Shown here: piece by piece, positions 21,102-29,650 of the stretch
How positions within the stretch are numbered: the first letter of the stretch is position 1
Layout: every line of letters starts with the position of its first letter
From: Candidatus Latescibacterota bacterium
Lineage (GTDB): Bacteria; Latescibacterota; UBA2968; GCA-2709665
Length of the DNA stretch: 64,000 bases
Direction: 5' to 3'
Assembly (NCBI GenBank): GCA_963662665.2
Contig: CAXXJS010000010.1
Span: 128,001 to 192,000 of the forward strand
Program-made: the position numbers and the translations under genes
The notes under the pieces: model-generated
Told to the model about the DNA's origin: nothing
Seen by the model: the letters and a program-made list of their open reading frames with translations, nothing else
Database searches by the model: none

Positions 21102-21908
21102 ATGGCGTTCGCGTCCTTCAACTCCCTGCGCCGTCAAAGGCTCGGGTTTTTCCAGGAGCGTATTCACTACCCCCCTCCGTTGTCACCCCCGTGGATCGCC
21201 CCGTTCACTGTGCGCACCAAGAGTCCCGATGTTGACCTCAAGCGCCGCTATCCAAAGACCTTTGGCGTTTCGGTTGTCCTCTCCTCAATTCTCCTCGCCG
21301 TTCTGTGCCTCGTCTTTCCGAAATATGAATTTCGCAGCAAGTCATCCTACACGGCGCCTGTTATCATTACATTGGAAGACATCCCCGAGACCTCTCAGGC
21401 CCCAAAACCCGAAGCCGAAGAAGTGATCCTGGGCGCAGGTGACCCGGACGGCGTGGCCGTCGTTGACACCGTGGAAGACGAGAAGTCGGACATTGACTTT
21501 CTCGCCAACCTTCAAGTCGATGATACGCTGGGCGATCCGGACCGGAAGCTGGACGAGGAAGCTGTAGATTTCTGGGCCGTCTCGAAAGAACCCGTACTGG
21601 TGCGCGAGGTCCTGCCCATCTACCCCGGAAACGCCCACGAGGCCGGACTCGAAGGGGTTGTGTTTGTCAAATTCGCCGTTGGTACGGACGGACGGGTCAA
21701 AGAGGCCTCGATCTTGAAAGGCCCCCGGATATTTCACGCGTCCGCGCTGGAAGCCGTCTACCGGTTTGTCTTCAGACCTGCCCTTCAGAACGACAAGCCC
21801 GTCGCGGTCTGGATGACGCGCCCCATACGCTTTCGCATTGTGGACAACTTGCTTGAAGCGCGGCCCGCCCAACAAGCCCAGACGCCGCCGGCCCCCCTCG
21901 CACGATAG
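21102..21908 (+). CDS. TonB family protein (orphan paralog)
   Basis: TM anchor; C-terminal YP..A..AGLEG.VFVKF.V..DG.V and FRPA.QND.PV TonB_C motif. Confidence 0.85.
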   Translation: MAFASFNSLRRQRLGFFQERIHYPPPLSPPWIAPFTVRTKSPDVDLKRRYPKTFGVSVVLSSILLAVLCLVFPKYEFRSKSSYTAPVIITLEDIPETSQAPKPEAEEVILGAGDPDGVAVVDTVEDEKSDIDFLANLQVDDTLGDPDRKLDEEAVDFWAVSKEPVLVREVLPIYPGNAHEAGLEGVVFVKFAVGTDGRVKEASILKGPRIFHASALEAVYRFVFRPALQNDKPVAVWMTRPIRFRIVDNLLEARPAQQAQTPPAPLAR

Positions 21909-21921
21909 GGACAGCTTTTCC

Positions 21922-22926
21922 TCAATTTTCCCGATCGCGACCAACGGCTCCTCCGGAATAAATCACTTCCATTAAGCGATCCTGTTCGTCCAGCCGGACC
22001 CGCAGGGTAAATGCTCTCCTTTCCAGAAACGCCGGATTGTGATCCAGCGCCATCCGCAAGGCAAGCGATCCCAGCCAGCCCAGGCCGTCGGCCCGAATCC
22101 CGAACCGCAAATCGTGAATCAAAAACGTGCGGCCGTTCTCACCGGACGCCGACACCGCCGGGAAACGCGCGAACCAGCGATAAATCTGCCCGTCCCGCCG
22201 GTCCCACAAGCGCTCCAGACGAGGCTCGTCAAGCGCCGAACGAAACGTCTCCGGCGTCCCGGTTACCCCTGAAAACAGTGACACGGGCACCTCGTGCCAT
22301 TCTCCCTCTCCGAATGCGATTCCTCGCCGGTGCAGCGGTGAAAAAGGCACTGGAACGGCGGCTATGGCCGTCAAGCCCCTTTCGGTTGCCCAGCGGTCCA
22401 TGTAAAGGAAGGCGGTAGCCGAAATGGCGATATTGATCGCCATATAGGCGGCAAGCGCCGCCGTGCCCAGGCGGTACCCCCGTTCTCCCCATCCCTTCCA
22501 GCCGAGAACCAGGCCGGCGATCAGAATCAGATCCAGGTACGGGTCGATAATGAACAGTACGTCAAACAGCGCCCGATACCTGGAAAATGGCATGAAGATC
22601 ATTGTCCCGTAGGAGGTGACCAGATCGAACAGAATATGCAGCGACAGGCCGGAAAGTGCGACGGCGTAGAGCTTGAGAAACGGTACATCCTTGAGTATGA
22701 ATCGCCGGACAACCCACGCCACGGCGAGGGCGCCGATTGCAGCACCGAAAAACGAATGTGTCATCCCCCGGTGCGTCTGCAGGCTGTCGAGGGCGCTGCC
22801 GGACAGGAACACGTCCACGTCGGGCAATACACTGGTGACGGTAACCAGATTCACAAGGCCCCGGTCCTTCGGCCATACGGATCGTGCAACCAGACGGCCA
22901 ACCAGGCCGTGCGTTGGAGTGTCCAT
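21922..22926 (-). CDS. Membrane-bound metal-dependent hydrolase (YdjM/YfhP-like)
   Basis: MDTPTH, LPDVD, HRGMTHS, HILFD..TSYGT, FIIDP motifs. Confidence 0.88.
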   Translation of the reverse strand: MDTPTHGLVGRLVARSVWPKDRGLVNLVTVTSVLPDVDVFLSGSALDSLQTHRGMTHSFFGAAIGALAVAWVVRRFILKDVPFLKLYAVALSGLSLHILFDLVTSYGTMIFMPFSRYRALFDVLFIIDPYLDLILIAGLVLGWKGWGERGYRLGTAALAAYMAINIAISATAFLYMDRWATERGLTAIAAVPVPFSPLHRRGIAFGEGEWHEVPVSLFSGVTGTPETFRSALDEPRLERLWDRRDGQIYRWFARFPAVSASGENGRTFLIHDLRFGIRADGLGWLGSLALRMALDHNPAFLERRAFTLRVRLDEQDRLMEVIYSGGAVGRDREN

Positions 22927-22941
22927 CCTGTTTGCCTCTGC

Positions 22942-22958
22942 TTAGCAGCCCGTTGAAA
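22942..22958. repeat. MITE family A, single end
   Basis: TTAG-CAGCCCGTTGAAA; core identical to the left end of the 20365 copy. Confidence 0.5.
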
Positions 22959-23227
22959 CGAGTGAAACGGCGATCGGAGGCGGCGTTCATTCAACCAAAG
23001 ACCCACCTGCCGGACGCCACTGCAGTTGGTCGTTACACGCCGGGATTGCGCGTCGGTCTTTGATTCGACGTCACACAGAATATACCCAATGCCCCGGCTG
23101 AATCAACCCGCTACAGACGCCACTTGACAGCCCGCGTGCCGCCAATGTAACATATGAGCGTATTTCCGGGACAGGACGCCAATTTTTCCTTCCTCACAGG
23201 TGAAGGGTTGCTGGGAGACTGAATGCA

Positions 23228-23959
23228 ATGACAAGACTCCAGGGTAAGGTCGCGCTGGTAACCGGCGGAAACCAGGGCATCGGAAAGGGCATCGCGCGGG
23301 CGCTGGCGAAAGAAGGCGCGGATCTTGTGATGACCGCCAGAACAATCGATAAGCTCGAATCTGCGGCGGAAGAGATCAGATCGGAGGGCGTGGAGGCGCT
23401 GGTCGCACCCGCCGACGTCACCGACGAATCGCAGGTGGAGGCCGTGTTTACCCAAACGATGGAACGGTTCGGGAGGGTGGATATTCTGGTCAACAACGCG
23501 GCGGCATTCGACGGGGGACCTATCGACGAACTTTCAGCATCCGCCTGGGATTGGGCAATGGCCGTAAATCTGCGCGGTCCCTTTTTGTGCACGCGGGCGG
23601 CGTTTCGCATTATGAAAAAACAGGGCGGTGGTCGGATCATCAATATAGGCAGCATTTCCGCTCAGCGGGTTCGTCCAGGTTCCGCTCCGTACAGCACGAG
23701 CAAATTCGGCATCACGGGCCTGACCCATGCCACGGCGCTGGACGGCCGGAACCACGGGATCGTCTGCTCCTGCCTGCACCCCGGCAATACCCTGGTGGAA
23801 CGTCGTGACGAATCCGACGCGCCAACGGACGATGAACCCATGATGACGGTGGATGAGCTGGCCCAGGCTGCGGTGACAATGGCCACGCTGCCGCTCCACG
23901 TCAACATGCTTGAGGCAATCGTTTTGCCCGTGGGGCAGTTGTACGTTGGGAGAGGGTGA
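23228..23959 (+). CDS. Short-chain dehydrogenase/reductase
   Basis: TGGNQGIG, NNAA, YSTSK (YxxxK). Confidence 0.95.
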   Translation: MTRLQGKVALVTGGNQGIGKGIARALAKEGADLVMTARTIDKLESAAEEIRSEGVEALVAPADVTDESQVEAVFTQTMERFGRVDILVNNAAAFDGGPIDELSASAWDWAMAVNLRGPFLCTRAAFRIMKKQGGGRIINIGSISAQRVRPGSAPYSTSKFGITGLTHATALDGRNHGIVCSCLHPGNTLVERRDESDAPTDDEPMMTVDELAQAAVTMATLPLHVNMLEAIVLPVGQLYVGRG

Positions 23960-24124
23960 ACGGATACCGGTTTATTTTCGGCCATACCCGGATCCGGGAC
24001 CGGGTTCAGGCCAAAGACGTCCACGGGAATGAAAGGCGGCTTTACAGGGGCGGAAGATACGATCGCAAGGCCCGCATCGCAGATACTCAGGATTGACGGG
24101 TTTCTTTCTGCTTTCCGGATCTTA

Positions 24125-24287
24125 GAAGCTGTCTTAAAACCCCCAATGGTCTTCGCGCGGCTGCAAAAGCGCCGGTCGGCGTTGGTCAAATCCACCCTTA
24201 TCTTTAAGATAGGGGCGGATTTTCCCGCCTTGACCACCACTTTTTCGCTCGCGCTCGGGAACTCACCGGTAGTTTCAAAACAGCTTC
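24125..24287. mobile_element. MITE-like element family C (163 bp)
   Basis: Terminal IR GAAGCTGTCTTAAAAC / GTTTCAAAACAGCTTC (14/16), with internal hairpin 24188-24222. Confidence 0.55.
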
Positions 24288-24344
24288 CTATCCTGCCCAT
24301 CCTGTTCATCCAGGTGTTTGAATTAATTCAGATTTGGAATTTTC

Positions 24345-24373
24345 TTGACACCCGCGATATGATTGTTTAATGT
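24345..24373 (+). promoter_or_regulatory. Sigma70-type promoter of the aromatic supercluster
   Basis: TTGACA-N17-TAATGT. Confidence 0.7.
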
Positions 24374-24456
24374 TAAACGGTTCCTATTGCCGTTCGGCGT
24401 AAAGAGGCGTCTAAACGAAAACGGCTGGAACCTGGATCATGAGAGGAACGGAAGCG

Positions 24457-24561
24457 ATGGATCTCGGTCGGAACAGGTTTTCCCGGCGTGGATATTTTTA
24501 TCGCTCCTACCGGTGGTATTACCGGGAGGCTGCGGAACGTCATGTCTGCCCACGCGAGTAA
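24457..24561 (+). CDS. Aromatic-amino-acid leader peptide MDLGRNRFSRRGYFYRSYRWYYREAAERHVCPRE
   Basis: Translated by hand; purine-rich GAGAGGAACGGAAG upstream (alternative in-frame ATG 24439); YFYRSYRWYY control run; lies between promoter and terminator. Confidence 0.8.
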   Translation: MDLGRNRFSRRGYFYRSYRWYYREAAERHVCPRE

Positions 24562-24586
24562 ACCGTTGACAGAATCGGGAAATGCG

Positions 24587-24615
24587 CCGTGGGCATCTGC
24601 TCACGGTTTTTTTTT
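24587..24615 (+). terminator. Attenuator terminator upstream of trpE
   Basis: CCGTGGGC-ATCT-GCTCACGG followed by T9; its 5' arm can alternatively pair with TGCCCACG at 24547-24554. Confidence 0.88.
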
Positions 24616-24629
24616 ATCCATTCGAAACC

Positions 24630-24740
24630 TTAACAGTCCGTTGATATAGTCGCTCTGCAGGCGAGGTGAGGTGTCCCGTCCCGGAAATATGTCACCATTC
24701 ATCCGCCGATTCATCCCGGATGGACGTTCTCAACGGACTG
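24630..24740. mobile_element. MITE family A copy (reverse orientation, different interior)
   Basis: CAGTCCGTTGATATAGTCGCTCTGCAGGCGAGG...CCGGATGGACGTTCTCAACGGACTG closely matches the reverse complement of the 20365 copy ends. Confidence 0.75.
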
Positions 24741-24856
24741 TTTGACCGTGATGCGATAGGGCGCCGGTCCTGGCCGGCTGGCTAGCAACCGCTCGTCCGG
24801 CGCAATGGAAAGCCGATTTCTGTTTGACGACTCCTGAAAATATCTTTGGCAGCCAG

Positions 24857-26347
24857 ATGAAACGCTTGAACACCCCCGATTTTAAAACTTTGAAACCGCT
24901 GGCCGAAGGCCGAGGCCTGGTCCCGATTTCCAGGGAAATCCTGGGAGATACGGAAACCCCGGTATCGGCCTACCTTAAACTCCGGCAGAGGAGTCCCTAC
25001 AGCTTTTTGTTTGAGAGCGTGGAGGGCGGAGAGAATATCGGGCGTTATTCTTTCCTGGGAGTGGAACCGTTTCTTGCGTTCAGGTCGTGGAAATCCAGGA
25101 TAGAGGTGGAGGATCTGAATCTGGGCGAGGTTCGTGTATATGAAGGGTCGCCAATTGCCGAACTCAGGCGTCTGCTGAAAAAATACCGATCAGCGCAATT
25201 GGAGGGACTTCCCAGATTTACCGGAGGGGCTGTGGGCTACGTGGGCTACGACGCAATCCGGCTGGTTGAGAATATTCCGGACAGCACGCGGGATGACCGC
25301 GGGCTACCTGACGTCGTATTGCTTTTCTACGATACGCTTCTTGGCTTCGACAACGTCCGGCAAAAGATCCATCTGATTTCAAACGTGCATACATCCGGGG
25401 ATATTGAAGAGAATTACCGGGAAGCGGAGGCGCGAATCGATGTTCTGGAACGGAACCTGCGCGGGCCGATTCCCGCGAACGGCGTTACTGAACGTGCGCC
25501 CCCACGAGGCGCGCGCGCGATCCGGTCGAACACGGAGCGGTCCGAATTCCTGGAAAAGGTGCGGCGATGCAAGGAATATATCGTGGCGGGCGATATCTTT
25601 CAGGTCGTACTTTCCCAGCGTTTCGAGACCGATATAACCGTAGGGTCACTGGACATCTACCGCGCGCTTCGCACGGTGAATCCGTCTCCATACATGTTCC
25701 ATCTGAACCTGAAAGAACTCCAGCTTATCGGCGCGTCGCCGGAACTACTGGTCAGGGTCGAGAATGGCGTCGTACAAGTGCGGCCAATTGCGGGCACCCG
25801 GTGGCGGGGGGCTACGGACGCGGAGGATTCCGCACTCGAGGCGGATTTGCTGGCAGACGAAAAAGAACGTGCCGAACACATTATGCTTCTAGACCTGGGC
25901 CGGAACGACGTGGGGCGGGTATCCCGTTACGATACGGTCCGGGTAACGGAACAGATGACGATCGAGCGTTATTCTCATGTGATGCATATTGTGTCCAATG
26001 TTCAAGGGTATCTTAAAGACGGCGTGGATGCCCTGGATGCGCTTTACGCCTGTTATCCGGCAGGTACGGTTTCCGGCGCGCCAAAAATCCGCGCCATGGA
26101 AATTATCGACGAACTTGAACCCACACGCCGTGGACCGTACTCGGGTGCGGTTGGCTATATCGACTTTTCGGGCAATATGGACACCTGCATTGCCATTCGT
26201 ACGATGGTATTGCAAGGCAGCAAAGCCTACGTCCAGGCCGGTGGAGGAATTGTATTCGATTCCGTGCCGGAGAACGAGCACCAGGAAACTGTGAATAAAG
26301 CAAGGGCGTTGTTTAAAGCCGTGGAATTGGCGGAAGGTGCTCTCTAG
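24857..26347 (+). CDS. trpE: Anthranilate synthase component I
   Basis: FLFESVEG..GRYSF, GDIFQVVLSQR, NPSPYMF, KERAEH.ML.DLGRND, PAGTVSGAPK. Confidence 0.97.
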   Translation: MKRLNTPDFKTLKPLAEGRGLVPISREILGDTETPVSAYLKLRQRSPYSFLFESVEGGENIGRYSFLGVEPFLAFRSWKSRIEVEDLNLGEVRVYEGSPIAELRRLLKKYRSAQLEGLPRFTGGAVGYVGYDAIRLVENIPDSTRDDRGLPDVVLLFYDTLLGFDNVRQKIHLISNVHTSGDIEENYREAEARIDVLERNLRGPIPANGVTERAPPRGARAIRSNTERSEFLEKVRRCKEYIVAGDIFQVVLSQRFETDITVGSLDIYRALRTVNPSPYMFHLNLKELQLIGASPELLVRVENGVVQVRPIAGTRWRGATDAEDSALEADLLADEKERAEHIMLLDLGRNDVGRVSRYDTVRVTEQMTIERYSHVMHIVSNVQGYLKDGVDALDALYACYPAGTVSGAPKIRAMEIIDELEPTRRGPYSGAVGYIDFSGNMDTCIAIRTMVLQGSKAYVQAGGGIVFDSVPENEHQETVNKARALFKAVELAEGAL

Positions 26348-26435
26348 TGTCCTGTCCCAGAACGCTAGTTGCCAGATGAAAATGCCCATTCGGGCATTAT
26401 GATGCCATCCTTCAACGATCACGTTCAATTGACCT

Positions 26436-26999
26436 ATGATTCTGGTAATCGACAATTACGATTCGTTCACTTACAATCTGGTTCAGTACCTGGGCGAGTT
26501 GGGTGCTCGGATGGACGTGTTTCGAAACGATCAGATCGAATTGGACAGGGTCGACGCGTCGGAACCGGATAAGGTGGTAATTTCGCCTGGGCCGTGTACG
26601 CCGAACGAAGCAGGAATCTCCGTGGAATTGATCCGGAGGTTTACCGGGCAGATTCCAATGCTGGGTGTCTGTCTGGGGCATCAGTGCATCGGACAGGCCT
26701 TCGGCGGCGCCATCGTAAGGGCTCCGGCCATACTCCATGGGAAGGTATCCGAGATCTATCACGACGGACGTACGATTTTCAGTGATTTGCCACAGCCCTT
26801 CGTTGCGACGCGATACCATTCCCTGATGGTCGAACGCGAGAGCCTGCCGGACTGTCTCGAGGTGTCCGCGCAGACAGATGACGGCATTATCATGGGACTG
26901 CGGCATCGGAAATATCCGGTTGAGGGGGTGCAGTTTCATCCGGAGTCGATCCTGACGGCAGCGGGCAAATTGCTATTGAGGAACTTTCTGGAGGGATAA
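26436..26999 (+). CDS. trpG: Anthranilate synthase component II (glutamine amidotransferase)
   Basis: [28 protein letters not shown]. Confidence 0.96.
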   Translation: MILVIDNYDSFTYNLVQYLGELGARMDVFRNDQIELDRVDASEPDKVVISPGPCTPNEAGISVELIRRFTGQIPMLGVCLGHQCIGQAFGGAIVRAPAILHGKVSEIYHDGRTIFSDLPQPFVATRYHSLMVERESLPDCLEVSAQTDDGIIMGLRHRKYPVEGVQFHPESILTAAGKLLLRNFLEG

Positions 27000-27054
27000 A
27001 TCCGGGAAGAGGAAAGCTGGCCCGGTTCTCTGTTTGAAAGTTGGGGAGACGGCT

Positions 27055-28074
27055 ATGGCGATACAGGATACGATTGGAAGGCTGATTGAGGGTCGGGATC
27101 TGCCGCGTCACGAGATGACAGCAGTGATGAACCAGATCATGTCGGGTGATGCGACGGACGCGCAGATCGGCGCGTTTCTGGTGGCTCTGCGTGTCAAGGG
27201 GGAAACCGTTGAGGAGATCGCGGGCGCCGCCGGGGTGATGCGTGAGAAGGCGACCCGGGTCGTAACGCGACATGCCACGGTGGTTGATACCTGCGGCACG
27301 GGAGGCGATGGGTCCGGAACGTTCAATATATCGACGGCGGCGGCCTTTGTGGCGGCTGGCGCGGGGCTGTGCGTGGCCAAACATGGGAACCGTGCGGCGT
27401 CCAGCCTGTGTGGCAGTGCGGATGTTTTGAAGGAACTGGGAGTAAATATCGAAGCATCGCCCGAGACGGTGGTGCGGTGCCTGGATGAGTTGGGCATCGG
27501 GTTTCTGTTTGCTCCGGCTTTGCACGGCGCTATGAAATATGCGATCGGACCGAGACGCGAGGTCGGCGTGCGCACGGTTTTCAACGCTCTGGGGCCGCTG
27601 ACCAATCCTGCAGGCGCAACCCGGCACCTGATAGGGGTATATGGTCAATCGCTGACCGACACGCTGGCCGAGGTGTTGCGTACATTGGAATCGGAGCGGG
27701 CGTTTGTGGTACACGGGCTGGACGGACTGGACGAGATCACCACAACCGGACCAACGCGGGTGAGCGAGTTGAAAGACGGAACCGTGTCCACGTATCAAGT
27801 TACGCCCGAAGACATGGGCATCGCGAGGGCTTCGGCCGGCGATCTGGCAGGAGGCAACGCGGAGACCAACGCCGCGATCCTGCGCAGGGTGCTGCATGGT
27901 GAGCCCGGTCCGCGGCTGGACATTGTCCTGTTGAACGCTGCGGCCGCCATTGTAGCGGGAGGCGCCGCAAACGATCTGACGTCCGGTATGGAACTGGCCA
28001 GGGAGACCGTGGATTCGGGGCGTGCCATGGACAAACTGGAAAAATTGAAACTCGTCTCGGGAGAGGGCGATTGA
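27055..28074 (+). CDS. trpD: Anthranilate phosphoribosyltransferase
   Basis: DTCGTGGD..TFNIST, KHGNR, GLDE. Confidence 0.98.
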   Translation: MAIQDTIGRLIEGRDLPRHEMTAVMNQIMSGDATDAQIGAFLVALRVKGETVEEIAGAAGVMREKATRVVTRHATVVDTCGTGGDGSGTFNISTAAAFVAAGAGLCVAKHGNRAASSLCGSADVLKELGVNIEASPETVVRCLDELGIGFLFAPALHGAMKYAIGPRREVGVRTVFNALGPLTNPAGATRHLIGVYGQSLTDTLAEVLRTLESERAFVVHGLDGLDEITTTGPTRVSELKDGTVSTYQVTPEDMGIARASAGDLAGGNAETNAAILRRVLHGEPGPRLDIVLLNAAAAIVAGGAANDLTSGMELARETVDSGRAMDKLEKLKLVSGEGD

Positions 28075-28161
28075 TATCGGGCGATTTCGCCGGTCACGCC
28101 CTGAACGTACCCCTTGAACGAGATGGCCGGAGTTCTTCCGGCGTTAACAAAGACGAGAAGC

Positions 28162-28953
28162 ATGGCTACGATTCTGGATGAGATTATAGCATATAAACGG
28201 CGTGTCGTGGCCGAGGCAAAAAAAAAGATCTCACCCGAGGAGTTACAGACGCGGTCGGACCTGGCCCGTGACCCGGACTCGTTTCTGGACAGCCTGACAG
28301 CCGCGGAGGATATCGCGCTCATAGCCGAAATCAAAAAGGCATCTCCGTCAAAAGGAGTGATCAGAGATGATTTCGATCCCGTGGAAATCGGCCGGGCTTA
28401 CGAGGTGAACGGCGCGTCGGCGATTTCGGTGCTGACGGACGTGAAGTATTTCCAGGGCTCCAATGCCAGTCTGAAGGCAGTAAGCGAAGCCGTGGAATTG
28501 CCGCTGCTCCGAAAGGATTTCGTGGTTGATCCTTATCAGATTCATGAAGCCAGATCAATCGGAGCGTCTGCCGTACTGCTCATTGTATCGGCGCTCTCGC
28601 ACCGTAAACTGGCAGGGCTGCTCGCCGATTGCAGGGAGTCGAAATTGGGCGCACTCGTGGAAGTGCATACCAGAGACGAAGCGAAGATGGCGCTTGACGC
28701 GGGAGCGGAACTTGTGGGGGTGAATAACCGCGACTTGAGGACCTTTACAACAGACCTGCAGACCACTTTCGACCTGATCGAACACCTGCCGGAAGACCTG
28801 GTAATTGTAAGCGAGAGTGGTATCGAGACCAGAGACCACGTGGTCCGATTGAGGGATGCCGGCGTGGATGCGGTACTGGTCGGGGAACATCTGATGCGAC
28901 ACCCCGACGTCGGCCGGAAGCTTCGAATGCTGTTGGGAAAGGAAGGCGGCTGA
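28162..28953 (+). CDS. trpC: Indole-3-glycerol phosphate synthase
   Basis: IAEIKKASPSKG, LRKDF, GVNNRDL, SESGI. Confidence 0.98.
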   Translation: MATILDEIIAYKRRVVAEAKKKISPEELQTRSDLARDPDSFLDSLTAAEDIALIAEIKKASPSKGVIRDDFDPVEIGRAYEVNGASAISVLTDVKYFQGSNASLKAVSEAVELPLLRKDFVVDPYQIHEARSIGASAVLLIVSALSHRKLAGLLADCRESKLGALVEVHTRDEAKMALDAGAELVGVNNRDLRTFTTDLQTTFDLIEHLPEDLVIVSESGIETRDHVVRLRDAGVDAVLVGEHLMRHPDVGRKLRMLLGKEGG

Positions 28954-28961
28954 TTCAACCC

Positions 28962-29582
28962 ATGGTTCGGGTGAAGATCTGTGGCATCACGAATCCGGAG
29001 GATGCGCTCTTTGCGGCAGCACAGGGCGCGGACGCCCTGGGGTTCATATTTTATGAGCCCAGCCCGCGTTACGTGCATCCGGACCGTGTGGGCGAAATTG
29101 TGTCGGAGTTGCCGCCGTTCGTGATGCCCGTAGGGGTTTTCGTGAACGAGGCCAGGGAAGAAATCCTGAGTATCGTGCGGTCGACGGGAATCCGGGCGGT
29201 CCAGTTGCACGGCGACGAGACGCCGGCCGATTGTCTGGGATATCCGTTTCCGGTTATCCGGGCATTGCGGGTCGGCGACGGATTCGACCCTGCGTCCCTG
29301 AGTCACTATGCGGTAAACGCGTTTCTGCTGGATACGGCCAAAAAGGGATTGTACGGCGGCACCGGAGAGACATTTGACTGGCGGGTCGCCAGGGCGGCCT
29401 CGGCCCACGGTCGGATCATTCTGTCTGGAGGGATCGATCCGAAAAACGTGGCGGAAGCGGTCCGAATGGTGAATCCGTATGCCGTGGACTGCGGCAGCGG
29501 CGTTGAGGCCGCGCCTGGCAGGAAGGACCACAACAGAATCGCTGAATTCTTCGGGGCACTCTGCTTTGCAAACGTGAGATAG
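28962..29582 (+). CDS. trpF: Phosphoribosylanthranilate isomerase
   Basis: VKICGIT, QLHGDE, GGTGETFDW. Confidence 0.97.
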   Translation: MVRVKICGITNPEDALFAAAQGADALGFIFYEPSPRYVHPDRVGEIVSELPPFVMPVGVFVNEAREEILSIVRSTGIRAVQLHGDETPADCLGYPFPVIRALRVGDGFDPASLSHYAVNAFLLDTAKKGLYGGTGETFDWRVARAASAHGRIILSGGIDPKNVAEAVRMVNPYAVDCGSGVEAAPGRKDHNRIAEFFGALCFANVR

Positions 29583-29650
29583 ATTGCAGAAATCTGCGGC
29601 AATCAGCGAATTTTCGCTACATCAATCGAATCGATCCGGAGCCAAACATA

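Noticed and set aside
24363-24569. 68-aa ORF from the track as the trp leader
   Set aside because: It starts inside the promoter and has only two separated Trp codons; the 24457-24561 frame fits much better.
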